Source of the DNA: an uncultured bacterium
GTDB taxonomy: Bacteria > Krumholzibacteriota > Krumholzibacteriia > LZORAL124-64-63
Assembly: GCA_963727525.1 (NCBI GenBank)
Contig: CAVSGO010000005.1
Span: 352,001-416,000 of the forward strand
Reading direction: 5' to 3'
Length of the DNA: 64,000 nucleotides
The notes beneath the pieces are model-generated. The model was given only the letters and a program-made list of their open reading frames with translations. It was not told where the DNA came from and made no database searches. Of the stretch, positions 48,437 through 58,486 are shown one piece after another. The position numbers and the translations under genes were made by a program. The first letter of the stretch is position 1, and each line of letters starts with the position of its first letter.

Positions 48437-50508
48437 CGGCCGACCCAGAGGAGGTGCGCGTCGCCGGCGGCATCGGCTGCGGCCGGTACGGCGTGGACGA
48501 CGTACTGGCGTCGCTCGAGCACGCGGGCGAAGGCCGCAAGCCGGGTATCGGCGCCGGGTGGCGCGATGATCGTGAGCGAGGGCGACGTCGCCGTCGCCGG
48601 CGCGATGCGGTCGGCCAGCCCCGCGATGTCTGCGCCGGGCCAGGGATCCAGCGGGCCATCCGGCAGCAGACGCACCGCGTCGGCAAGCACCGGCCGCGAG
48701 AGCATGGCGCGCAGCACCGGGGCGCCAGCCTGGCGCCAGGCGCACACCGTCACCTCCGGCGCCCGGCAGAGCTGCGCCAGCCACGCCGTGGCCGCGGCCA
48801 CGACCTGCCGAGCATATTGCGGATCGGCCGGTTGCGGCAGGTTGCCCACCACCAGGACGACGGGCTCGTCACCGCCGGCGAAGGCCCACGGCGTCGGCCG
48901 CTGGGGCGGCGCGTCGACGGCGGCGTCGGACCGCGCGGTCGGGTCGTCGGTCAGCCCCACGCGGGTGGCCACCGTGGCGTCGGTGGGAGCGAACAGCACG
49001 AGGCCGTGGGCCGCCGCGCCCGGCCGGTAGTTCGGCGGCACGTGCAGCACCGCGGCGTGGAACGTGTCGCCGCCCACGGGGAAGGCCACATCGAGACGCG
49101 TGCCGGACACCAGCACGGACCCGCTACGCTCCGCTCGCGCCAGCAACGAGTCGGCGATCGCCATCGGACGGGCGATCACTCGGGGGTCCTCCCGAGGGTC
49201 AAGCCGCGGCAGCGACCGCAACACGAAGAAGAGCCAGCGATCGACGATACTCTGTTCCGCTGGCGGCACGTGCGCGAGCCGCACCCGCGTGCGCACGAAC
49301 CAGTCGGGCTCCAGGCGCACGCCGGTGGTCGTCCAGGTCGCGGTCTGGCCGCTGGCGTCGCACAGTTCGACGCCGAGTCGGTAGCACGACGACGATAGGT
49401 CGCCCAGGGCAATCGACGTATCGAGGAAACTCAGGTCGGGTTCGAGCACCACCTCGCGCGTGTCCACGATGCCGTCGGCGCCAGCGGCGGGCGCCCAGCC
49501 CGCGGTCGCCCGCAGCGTCAGGCGCGCGGTGCCCTCCGCGAGCCCCTGCTCGGCCAGGTCCACCCGAAGGGTGTCGCCCACGAGAACCGTCGTGTTCAGG
49601 CGACCGCGCAGCGCCGGTGCGGCATCGAAGGCCGGCATCAGCGTGAGGAGCGCGAAACGCCGCCAGGGTACGTGCCACGAGCCCACGTACGGGTCGGGCA
49701 CCAGCGCCGCCCCATCGACGACGAGATTGAGGCCCACCTCCGCGTCGAGCGGTGGGCCGAGCGGATCGAGGTCGCCCCAGGGGATCGCCAGCCGCCAGCC
49801 GTGCGCGTCATCCTGGATCGCCCGCACCGGCCCCGGATCGGCGCGGCCATTGCGACGGGTCCGCCGCAGGGTCCCGCCCCCCGCCATCTCGAAAGTCCTG
49901 GTGCGATCGGACTCGACAGCATCGGGATCGGTAGGTACGGCCACGACGACGCGCCCCTCGCTGAGCGCGCCCGCCGGGCGCCGCACCTCGACGCGGAGCA
50001 ACGCATTCGTGAAGCAGAACCGCGCCTCGGTGAGCGAGGGCGCCTCGCTGCAGGTTCCGTCCAGGGCGACCAGCGCTATCCAGTCGCTCCACTGACCCTC
50101 GTCCAGCACGCGCGAAGCGCGGTCGCGCCTGGCCAGCAGCGTGTCGCGGTGGGCGCTCAGCAGTGCGCTGAAGCGCGGGTCGCCGGCGAGCGAAGCGAGG
50201 TCGGGATCGCGCCGGACAGCCTTGAGGTCGCGGTAGCCCAGCGCGAGCGCCCGCGCCAGGTCCGTCAACGCCGCGTCCGATTGTTGCAGGCGGTTCTCCA
50301 CGCACGCCAGGTTGTACTGCATGGTGGCATCGCAGGGATGGTCGACGAGGTAGGCGCGCAGCCCGACCACCGCGGCCGCCAGATCCCCCCCACTCAGCTG
50401 GGCCGCGAGTTCCCGCAGGGCGGGCAGCCGTATGGCCTCGTAACCGGTCTGGGCCCTACCGCCGGCCGCCATCAACGCCAGCACGATCACCAAGAACAAA
50501 CGTCGCAT
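48433..50508 (-). CDS. Exported TPR-containing protein
   Basis: Signal peptide MRRLFLVIVLALMAAGGRA; YNLACVENRL...ALALGYRDLKAVRRDPDLASL TPR-end motif; remainder unassigned. Confidence 0.72.
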   Translation of the reverse strand: MRRLFLVIVLALMAAGGRAQTGYEAIRLPALRELAAQLSGGDLAAAVVGLRAYLVDHPCDATMQYNLACVENRLQQSDAALTDLARALALGYRDLKAVRRDPDLASLAGDPRFSALLSAHRDTLLARRDRASRVLDEGQWSDWIALVALDGTCSEAPSLTEARFCFTNALLRVEVRRPAGALSEGRVVVAVPTDPDAVESDRTRTFEMAGGGTLRRTRRNGRADPGPVRAIQDDAHGWRLAIPWGDLDPLGPPLDAEVGLNLVVDGAALVPDPYVGSWHVPWRRFALLTLMPAFDAAPALRGRLNTTVLVGDTLRVDLAEQGLAEGTARLTLRATAGWAPAAGADGIVDTREVVLEPDLSFLDTSIALGDLSSSCYRLGVELCDASGQTATWTTTGVRLEPDWFVRTRVRLAHVPPAEQSIVDRWLFFVLRSLPRLDPREDPRVIARPMAIADSLLARAERSGSVLVSGTRLDVAFPVGGDTFHAAVLHVPPNYRPGAAAHGLVLFAPTDATVATRVGLTDDPTARSDAAVDAPPQRPTPWAFAGGDEPVVLVVGNLPQPADPQYARQVVAAATAWLAQLCRAPEVTVCAWRQAGAPVLRAMLSRPVLADAVRLLPDGPLDPWPGADIAGLADRIAPATATSPSLTIIAPPGADTRLAAFARVLERRQYVVHAVPAAADAAGDAHLLWVGR

Positions 50509-50935
50509 GGTCCCTCCCTGGAGCGATGCCGGCATCGTCGCAGAATCGCGGGCGTCCGGCCAGAGGAATCCGCGGCCGGTGGGTGGAAGGCGAGGTGCGT
50601 TCGCCCCGCTGATCAGCCCAGGGGCACCTGATGCATGGTCGACCATATGCGCGCGGCGAGCGGGGCGGTCCTATCGGCGTGACGGCATCCCGCCCAAGTG
50701 GATGGACGAAGTTGCAACGAAGCGACGATTCAAATCTCCAGTTTGCGGATCGGCCTGCATCCCCTTCTTCCACCGCGAGATCAAGTTGCCGTGGATGCCG
50801 TGCATCTTGGCCAGTGCGGCCGGCGTGCAGGCGCCGCCAAGAGCCATCATTCACAATGATTGGCCGGGCTTCATTCTGATGGAGCCGCCGAGGGCCCGTC
50901 TCGGCTTATTCCTTATCCCACATACACTTATGGGG

Positions 50936-50950
50936 TGGCATGGTTCTCGC
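50936..50950 (+). promoter_or_regulatory. Sigma54-like promoter
   Basis: TGGCAT-GGTTC-TCGC (GG-N10-GC) upstream of the small genes at 51111 and 51439. Confidence 0.4.
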
Positions 50951-51110
50951 CTCATGTGGCCACCGGCCGGGAAGCGACCATTCATCAACAATCAGGGATG
51001 GCGCTTGGTTCGCCGCGGTGTGTGGCGAAGATCCCCGGGGCCATCGAATACGCGCTCGTGGACATCGGATTGGGCTCCCTTTCGACCCAAGATACCCGGA
51101 AGGGTGAACC

Positions 51111-51362
51111 ATGAAGTTACATCGACCACTCATTGCGACGATCGCGTGCGTGGTCGTCCTGGCCGCCGTTCGGGCCACTGGTCAGCAGGTCAGCATCGCG
51201 GCGAAGATCGCTTCCGGGGAATGGGACAGAGCCAAGGGAACGATGCACGACGCCGATCGCGAACTGAAGCGTGCCGAGCCCGTCCGCAGCTACCGACCGC
51301 GAACATGGCCGGGGACGAGGCACGCCTATCGACGAGTTGAACGCCTTGTACGCGTTCCATAA
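51111..51362 (+). CDS. Small hypothetical exported protein, possibly a relic
   Basis: Signal-like N-terminus; GEWDRAKG weakly recalls CsbD. Confidence 0.4.
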   Translation: MKLHRPLIATIACVVVLAAVRATGQQVSIAAKIASGEWDRAKGTMHDADRELKRAEPVRSYRPRTWPGTRHAYRRVERLVRVP

Positions 51363-51438
51363 CGCGCGCTGGGTCGGGGCGACGGCATACACAGGCGCCG
51401 CCCCACGAGCTACCTGGCGCTCCATCGGGAGGTTTCTC

Positions 51439-51588
51439 ATGTTGTGGACGATTGCCGTCATACTCTTCATCCTCTGGCTGTTGGGCCTGGTCACGTCCTT
51501 CACGGTCCACGGGTTCATCCATGTGCTCCTCGTCATCGCCATCGTTGTTGTGCTGCTCCGTATTATTCAGGGGCGCAGGGCGATCTAG
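51439..51588 (+). CDS. Second lmo0937 / DUF5670-family small membrane protein
   Basis: GGAGG RBS; MLWTIAVILFILWLLGLVTSFTVHGFIHVLLVIAIVVVLLRIIQGRRAI. Confidence 0.9.
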   Translation: MLWTIAVILFILWLLGLVTSFTVHGFIHVLLVIAIVVVLLRIIQGRRAI

Positions 51589-51756
51589 AGCACACGGCGA
51601 CAAGAGGTGTGTGGATATTCCGGATACACATTGTTGGTTCTCCAGCGGCCCGGCCCCAGGACGGCTGTGGGAATTGCCAATGACCATATCGCGAGAGCTA
51701 AGGTGTTCTCGCCTCATGAGCGATCGACAGGGATCTAATCCTGAGGGGAGCAATTC

Positions 51757-52293
51757 ATGGAAGCCCATAGACATTGGGAACGAGATGGCGACGAAGAGGT
51801 GGCGATGTATCACTACCTGAACTTTACCAGGAAGGCGAAACGCCTCACCTTGAAGGACGAGAAGCAGCTGCTGGCGCGGTCCCGGTCTGGAGGGAGACAG
51901 GCCACGGAAGCGCTGGTCGACGCCAATCAGATCATGGTCCTCGCCTTGTCTGAGTCCTACGACGACGATCGTCTGACTCTCATGGATCGCATCGCCGAAG
52001 GGAACGTGGCCCTGATATCGGCTTGCCGAACCTATCTCCCGCAGCTGGGCGGCTCGTTTCGACGCTATTGCCAGCAGGAGATCCGCAAGGCCATCGAGCA
52101 TGCACTGGCGGACGTCGCGAATCTTCGAGTCGTCGTGTGGGAAAGCGCAACGGGTCACGCGGCCGTCTCGAACGGTCGCGTGGCTTCAAGGCTTCGATTT
52201 GGACCCAGGTGCCGCGCGCGCGCAACGCCTTCGGCCTCGCCGGTAGCTATCGCGACTGAAACCCGATCGTACCTGGCCAGGAAAGCCCCATGA
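51757..52293 (+). CDS. Truncated sigma70-like protein (regions 1.2 and 2 only)
   Basis: YL...RLTLKDEKQL...EALVDANQIMVLALSESY...LMDRIAEGNVALISAC...F..Y...IRKAI; no region 3 or 4. Confidence 0.65.
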   Translation: MEAHRHWERDGDEEVAMYHYLNFTRKAKRLTLKDEKQLLARSRSGGRQATEALVDANQIMVLALSESYDDDRLTLMDRIAEGNVALISACRTYLPQLGGSFRRYCQQEIRKAIEHALADVANLRVVVWESATGHAAVSNGRVASRLRFGPRCRARATPSASPVAIATETRSYLARKAP

Positions 52294-52299
52294 CTTGAC

Positions 52300-52765
52300 T
52301 CTACGCTCAGCGGCGAGACCGCGAATTGGGGACTCGAGATCGTCAGGACGGAATTGAAGGAAATCGACCCACCCCAGCGATGTGCAGGAGACGATGAACA
52401 AGGTGGTGAAAGCCGAGAACGAAAAGGTCGCCGCGATTGATTTTGCAACGGCCACGGAAACGCTGGCAGACGGCGCACGGAGGGCGGAGATCAAGAAAGC
52501 TGAAGGAGTCAGACAGGCGAGCATTCTGGCAGCAGAGGGCGAAACACAGGCAATCAAACTCGTCAATGAAGCTGCCGACAGGTATTTCGTGGGCAACGCC
52601 CAGTTGCTGCGCAAACTGGAGACTGTGGAACGATCCCTTGCCCAAAATGCCAAGGTCGTCATTCCGGCCAATTCCGAACTGGTCAACGTGATCGGGGAAC
52701 TGGCCGGGGTACTGCCGCTGACCAGGAACCGGGGCGACCCGAAAATCGGGCCAGCTGGAGATTGA
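52300..52765 (+). pseudogene. 5'-truncated, frameshifted SPFH/band-7 (QmcA-like) gene
   Basis: WGLEIVRTELKEIDPP then +1 shift in a C-run (about 52368-52375) to DVQETMNKVVKAENEK...AEGETQAIKLVNEAA; N-terminal half absent. Confidence 0.75.
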
Positions 52766-52789
52766 GATTCCGGCGAGCGGCTTCAGGGT

Positions 52790-53104
52790 CAACGGCATTT
52801 CACCACAAGCTCCGGCCGGTCGCCCGCTTGCGACTGATTCCGCGCCGCTACGAATCGCATGCGCGACTTGCTCGAACGCGAAGTCCACGATGGGCGGGCG
52901 GCCGAAGCGGTCGCGTTGTTCTGCGACCAGGTGAAGAAATTGATCGGCGCATTTGCGGCGGCTCTCGCGGCAAACGAAAGCGTGATCCCCGACCCAACCG
53001 GTCCGATCGTGGTCCGCGTGATTCGCACGGACGAAGAACAGATGATGGCCAAGACGATGTGCCGGGTCTCGGTCTCGGCGGGAAGATGGAGAGTTGAACC
53101 ATGA
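52790..53104 (+). pseudogene. ackA: Acetate kinase relic with internal deletions
   Basis: TAFHHKLRPVARLRLIPRRYES | MRDLL...[23 protein letters not shown] | AANESVI...[13 protein letters not shown] match three non-adjacent segments of the intact ackA at 58479. Confidence 0.82.
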
Positions 53105-53650
53105 CGACAGAAGCCCTGGCCCCGGAGACGCTCAGGAGGATGGACGCTTACTGGCGCGCCGCGAATTATCTGTCGGTCGGCCAGATCTATCTTCGCGACA
53201 ACCCGCTGCTGAGACAGTCACTGACATCTGCAGATGTGAAGCACTTGCTCCTGGGGCACTGGGGCACGACCCCCGGGCAGAACTTCATCTATGTGCATCT
53301 CAACCGAATCATCAAGAAATTCGACCTGGATATGATCTACGTCTCAGGCCCCGGGCACGGCGGCCCGGCTGTCGTGGGCAACACGTACCTCGAGGGTACG
53401 TACAGCGAGGTCTATCCCGATATCAGCCGGGACGAGGCAGGACTGCGCAAGCTCTTCAAGCAGTTCTCCTTCCCCGGCGGCATACCGAGTCACGCGTCAC
53501 CGGAATGCCCGGGCTCGATACACGAGGGAGGCGAGCTGGGGTATTCGCTCAGCCACTCGTTTGGGGCCGTGTTCGACAATCCCGATCTCATCGTCGCCTG
53601 CGTCGTCGGCGATGGCGAGGCGGAAACCGGGCCGCTGGCCACGTCGTGGC
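53101..53650 (+). pseudogene. xfp: Phosphoketolase N-terminal fragment
   Basis: [54 protein letters not shown]; homology breaks off after about 183 aa. Confidence 0.88.
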
Positions 53651-53653
53651 AGC

Positions 53654-54211
53654 GCATATATGCAAGGCGTTGAACGGCGTATCGCCGCGGGTCTGAAACC
53701 CGACGTCTTCTCCGTTGCATCGATATTCATCAGCCGTTGGGACGTCGCCGTGGCAGGGAAGACACCCGATAAGCTGCGTGACCAGCTCGGCATCGCAATC
53801 GCCAAGCGAACCTACAAGGCCTATCGCGAGCTACTCGACTCGCCACGTTGGCAGCGCCTCCTGAACACTGGCGCTCAGCCCCAGCGTCTCTTGTGGGCGA
53901 GCACCGGCACCAAGGATCCAAAAGCTTCCGACGTGCTTTACATCAAGTCGCTTGCCGCTCCGTTCACGGTCAACACCATGCCCGAGGACACGTTGAAAGC
54001 CCTGGCGGAACATGGCAAGTTCCGTGCGGTTCTACCGGCCGACGGTGGTGACTGCGAGGAGACGCTCGCGAGGTTCGCCAAGGCGGGCGTCGATGTCGAC
54101 GCTTTGGCCGCCCGACTTCAGGACGAAGGGGCAGTGTCGTTCGTGAAGTCCTGGAACGAGCTGATGAATCGTGTCGCGTCCAAGGGCGAGGCGCTCGAGA
54201 TGGCTGATTGA
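53654..54211 (+). pseudogene. tal: Transaldolase C-terminal fragment joined out of frame to xfp
   Basis: SVASIFISRWD, PQRLLWASTGTKDP, TVNTMPE, LQDEGAVSFVKSW; the N-terminal half is absent. Confidence 0.85.
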
Positions 54212-54272
54212 GCCCGCGACCGATCAAGACCGCGTATCCCGCTACGCGCCGGTATACGATGGAGGTGGACAG

Positions 54273-54430
54273 CATGCCTGAGGAATGGTCTCATCGCCGG
54301 TGAAACGCAACGCGTCGCGGAGTTGGGGAGTCAGCTCAGGATGGACAGCATCCGATGCGCGACAGCGACCGGCTGATCTTCTCCGAGGGTCATGCGAGCC
54401 CGCGACTCTACGCGATGTACAAAGCGGCTC
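54273..54430 (+). pseudogene. Transketolase N-terminal relic
   Basis: AELGSQLRMDSIRC followed after a deletion and frameshift by [21 protein letters not shown]. Confidence 0.7.
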
Positions 54431-54454
54431 GCGCACAGCGAAGGAAGGACACCT

Positions 54455-56098
54455 ATGACGACAGTCATCCCGCCGCTCACCGGGCGCCCGGCATGGAAGA
54501 CCCTCGAGGTCCATTCCCAGAAGGTCCGGGAGCTGCATCTGCGCGAGCTCTTTGCCGACGATCCCACGCGCGGCGAGCGCATGGCCGCCGAAGCCGTCGG
54601 CATCTATCTCGACTATTCGAAGAACCGCATCACTGACGAGACCCTGAGCCTCCTTCTGCAATTGGCGGACGAATCTGGTCTGCGGTCCCGTATCGACGCG
54701 ATGTTCCGCGGGGAAGAGATCAACGTCACCGAGCAGAGGGCCGCCTTGCACGTTGCATTGCGCACCCCGCGAGACCAATCAATCCTCGTGGACGGCGAGG
54801 ATGTGGTGCCCCAGGTCCATGCCGTACTCGATCGAATGGCCGACTTCTCCGAACGGGTGCGCAGCGGGAAGTGGTTAGGCCACACCGGCAAGCCGATCCG
54901 CAACGTCGTCAATATCGGCATCGGAGGTTCCGATCTGGGGCCGGTGATGGCGTACGAGGCACTGCGACACTACAGTCGGCGCGACCTGACCTTCCGTTTC
55001 GTCTCCAACATCGACGGCACCGACTTCGCGGAAGCCACACACGACCTCGACCCCGCCCAGACGTTGTTCATCATCGCGTCGAAGACCTTCACGACTCTGG
55101 AGACAATGACCAATGCGCATACGGCGCGCACCTGGGCCCTCGAGACCTTGAAACATCCTGCCGCCGTTGCCAGGCATTTCGTCGCCGTCTCGACCAACGC
55201 GGCGGAAGTGGCGAAATTCGGCGTAGACGCCGCCAACATGTTCGAGTTCTGGGACTGGGTCGGAGGGCGTTACTCGCTGGACTCGGCAATCGGGCTCTCG
55301 ACGATGATCGCCATCGGGCCCGAGCATTTCCGTGCCATGCTCGGCGGACTCCACGAGATGGACGAGCATTTCCGCACGACCCCTTTCCAGCGAAACCTGC
55401 CCGTGCTCATGGGGCTCCTGGCCGCTTGGAACAGCAACTTCCTTGGCGCGCAGACCGTCGCGGTCTTGCCCTACGAGCAGTACCTGACGCGCTTCCCGGC
55501 ATACCTCCAGCAATTGGCGATGGAGAGCAACGGCAAACACGTCACGGTTGCTGGAGAGGAGGTCACCTACCAGACCGGGTCGATCTACTGGGGGGAGCCC
55601 GGCACCAATGGCCAGCATTCTTTCTACCAATTGATCCATCAGGGAACCCAGCTCGTCCCCTGTGATCTCATCGCGTTCATCCAACCGCTCAACCCGATCG
55701 GTCGCCACCATGACCTGTTGCTGGCCAACGTCTTTGCCCAGGCCGAGGCCCTGGCCTTTGGCAAGACCTCACAAGAGGTCGAAGCTGAAGGGACGCCGCC
55801 GTGGCTGGCGCCACACCGTACCTTCGAGGGCAACCGTCCCACCAACACGATCTTGATGGACCGACTGACCCCGGCGGCGCTCGGAAGGCTCGTCGCGCTG
55901 TACGAACACAGCGTCTTCACTCAAGGCACAATCTGGGATATCGATTCTTTCGATCAATGGGGAGTCGAGCTGGGCAAGGTGCTGGCGAAGCAGACGGCCC
56001 AGGAACTTGAAAGCAGGGACGAACCGCACCCCACACATGACAGCTCGACCAACGCGCTCATAAGGAGGTACTGCCGACTCAGGAATGCCGATCCATGA
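54455..56098 (+). CDS. pgi: Glucose-6-phosphate isomerase
   Basis: [67 protein letters not shown]. Confidence 0.97.
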   Translation: MTTVIPPLTGRPAWKTLEVHSQKVRELHLRELFADDPTRGERMAAEAVGIYLDYSKNRITDETLSLLLQLADESGLRSRIDAMFRGEEINVTEQRAALHVALRTPRDQSILVDGEDVVPQVHAVLDRMADFSERVRSGKWLGHTGKPIRNVVNIGIGGSDLGPVMAYEALRHYSRRDLTFRFVSNIDGTDFAEATHDLDPAQTLFIIASKTFTTLETMTNAHTARTWALETLKHPAAVARHFVAVSTNAAEVAKFGVDAANMFEFWDWVGGRYSLDSAIGLSTMIAIGPEHFRAMLGGLHEMDEHFRTTPFQRNLPVLMGLLAAWNSNFLGAQTVAVLPYEQYLTRFPAYLQQLAMESNGKHVTVAGEEVTYQTGSIYWGEPGTNGQHSFYQLIHQGTQLVPCDLIAFIQPLNPIGRHHDLLLANVFAQAEALAFGKTSQEVEAEGTPPWLAPHRTFEGNRPTNTILMDRLTPAALGRLVALYEHSVFTQGTIWDIDSFDQWGVELGKVLAKQTAQELESRDEPHPTHDSSTNALIRRYCRLRNADP

Positions 56099-56453
56099 GC
56101 AGCTCTCTCTGCATCGTTTACAAACCGACACTCGCGCCTTCGCCTGCGACATCGACCACGACCTCGCCGTCGCCATCGACGAACTCCTCCAGCACCGGCG
56201 GAAATGGCGCGCGGAAGCCGCGGTCGGCAAGACCGTGGTAAGCAGCCGGATGATCGATCGCATCATCGGGAAGCGGAGGCGCAAGCTCTACGGGGTGCCG
56301 GTCGGTTTCAAATGGTTCGTGGAAGGCCTGCTCGGCGACCCGCTCGGTTTCCACGGCTGGACCGCGGTTGTGCCGCGGGAGGGAACCAAGCTCGCGAACC
56401 ATCATTTCCGCGACATCAGACGGTTCGCCATGGTCGGCAAAAGGGAATGGTAG
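56085..56453 (+). pseudogene. Chimeric relic: phosphoglucomutase fragments fused to a SpoIIAA-like (STAS/SEC14) fragment
   Basis: AFACDIDHD | LAVAID...[13 protein letters not shown]...[15 protein letters not shown] (pgm), then FHGWT...[17 protein letters not shown] (SpoIIAA-like). Confidence 0.72.
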
Positions 56454-56487
56454 GAAGAGCAGAACACTCCCGGCAGGAAAGTCGGCG

Positions 56488-57105
56488 ATGAAGAGCAAAA
56501 ATTCAATCACCTGTGTCTTCCTGGATATCGGTGGCGTATTGCTCACCGCCGGATGGGACCATCATGCCCGCAGACGGGCGGCGACAAACTTCAACCTTGA
56601 ATTTGACGAGATGGAAGATCGGCATCACTTGTTGTTCGAAATCTTCGAGGAGGGGAAGCTCACACTGGACGAGTATCTGGATCGGCTGCTCTTCTACCAC
56701 AAACGGCCGTTCACCCGGGCTCAGTTTCTAAGCTTCATGTTTTCCCAGTCGAAACCCCATCCCGAGATGATCGCGTTGATGACAAAGCTCAAGGTCCGAC
56801 ACGGGCTGAAGGTCGTCGTCGTCAGCAACGAAGCGCGCGAGCTGAATGCGTATCGGATTCGAACGTTCAAACTTACCGACCTTGTAGACTCCTTCATTTC
56901 GTCCTGCTTCATCCACATGCGCAAGCCAGACGCGGACATCTTTCGTCTCGCGCTGGACGTCGCCCAGGTCACGCCGGATCGTGTCGTGTACATCGACGAT
57001 CGCGCCATGTTCGTCGAGGTCGCCGATAGCCTCGGCATCCAAGGCATCCATCACCAAGGCCTGGAGACCACCCGCGCCTCGCTCGAGGCGATGGGGTTGA
57101 AATGA
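56488..57105 (+). CDS. HAD-superfamily phosphatase (YihX-like)
   Basis: FLDIGGVL, VSN, RKPDADIF, YIDDR. Confidence 0.9.
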   Translation: MKSKNSITCVFLDIGGVLLTAGWDHHARRRAATNFNLEFDEMEDRHHLLFEIFEEGKLTLDEYLDRLLFYHKRPFTRAQFLSFMFSQSKPHPEMIALMTKLKVRHGLKVVVVSNEARELNAYRIRTFKLTDLVDSFISSCFIHMRKPDADIFRLALDVAQVTPDRVVYIDDRAMFVEVADSLGIQGIHHQGLETTRASLEAMGLK

Positions 57106-57193
57106 AGAACGCAACCGCCCGATCATTGCCCCGAACCGGAGCTGAGAACGCCGGACAGGGGCATCGACGGAACGAACGGGAGGCAGACCGCAG

Positions 57194-58486
57194 ATGAAGA
57201 GAGCCGGCGACGGTAAGCTTGGTCTGTGGGCGGTTGTTGCCATCGGCGTCGGCGGGATGGTCGGCGGCGGCATCTTCGCAGTGCTGGGTTTGGCGGTGGA
57301 ACTGGCGCATGGCGGCACGCCCGTCGCCTTTGCGCTTGCGGGCGCGGTCGCGCTGCTGACAGCGTATTCGTACGCCAAGCTGTCCGTCGCGTACCCCAGC
57401 CGCGGTGGAACGGTCACCTTCCTCGATCGCGCATTCGGTGCGGGCATGTTGACCGGCAGCTTGAACGTCTTGTTGTGGCTGAGCTACGTGGTGATGCTTT
57501 CCCTTTACGCGTTCGCCTTCGGGAGCTACGGAGCGAGGTTCCTGCCGCAGGCATGGCAGGCGACCGGCACGCACGTGCTGATCAGCCTCAGCGTGGTCCT
57601 GATTGCCGGGTTGAACCTGCTCAACGTCGGGCTTATCGGCAAGGCGGAAGAGTGGATCGTGGCATTGAAGCTGGCGATCCTGCTGTTCTTTGTCGCGGTC
57701 GGCGTTGCCAGCATCAAGACATCTCACATCGCGCTGGCCTCGTGGTCGCCACCGCTGCAGCTGGCGGCGGGCGGGATGATCATCTTCGTGGCCTATGAGG
57801 GGTTCGAGCTGATCGCCAACACGGACCAGGACGTGCGGAACGCGGCACGTACGCTGCCGCGCGCGTACTACACGGCGGTCGGGTTCGTGATTGCGCTGTA
57901 CGTTTCTGTTGCCCTCGTCGCGGTGGGCAACCTTTCGGTGCACAAAATCGTGGCGGCCAAGGACTACGCGCTGGCCGAAGCGGCTCGACCCTTTCTCGGA
58001 CAAGCCGGCTTCGCGCTTATCGCCGTGGCGGCGATGCTGTCGACCGCCTCCGCGATCAACGCTACGCTCTACGGCACGGCACGGCTCAGTTACTGCATCG
58101 CGCGCGACGGCGAACTGCCGGCTGCTCTGGAACGGAAGGTGGGGGGTAAGCCGGTGGAGGGTCTGTTGATCACTGCCGGCCTGACGCTGTTCGTGGCCAA
58201 CGCACTTGACATGACCAGCATCGCGACCCTCGGAAGCGCCGGGTTTTTGCTGATCTTCGCCGCGGTCAACGCCGCCAACGCGCGGCACGCGTCACACACG
58301 AACAGCCACGCCTCGATTTCGGCCACCGGCGCGGGCGCTTGTGTTGCGGCATTCGGAGCGTTGGTGTGGCAGACGGCGCGGACGGGGCCGGGCAAGTTGT
58401 GGGTGCTGGCGTCGATGGTCGCTCTGGCGGTGATGATCGAGAGCGGGTACCGGCTGGCAAAGCGGGAGATTCGGTTGCATGACTGA
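57194..58486 (+). CDS. APC-family amino acid permease
   Basis: IGVGGMVGGGIF, SYAKLS..YPSRGG, AYEGFELIAN, TASAINATLYG; about 12 TM helices. Confidence 0.92.
   Translation: MKRAGDGKLGLWAVVAIGVGGMVGGGIFAVLGLAVELAHGGTPVAFALAGAVALLTAYSYAKLSVAYPSRGGTVTFLDRAFGAGMLTGSLNVLLWLSYVVMLSLYAFAFGSYGARFLPQAWQATGTHVLISLSVVLIAGLNLLNVGLIGKAEEWIVALKLAILLFFVAVGVASIKTSHIALASWSPPLQLAAGGMIIFVAYEGFELIANTDQDVRNAARTLPRAYYTAVGFVIALYVSVALVAVGNLSVHKIVAAKDYALAEAARPFLGQAGFALIAVAAMLSTASAINATLYGTARLSYCIARDGELPAALERKVGGKPVEGLLITAGLTLFVANALDMTSIATLGSAGFLLIFAAVNAANARHASHTNSHASISATGAGACVAAFGALVWQTARTGPGKLWVLASMVALAVMIESGYRLAKREIRLHD

Noticed and set aside
51111-51362. CsbD assignment for the small ORF
   Set aside because: Only a short GEWDRAKG resemblance; the rest does not fit.
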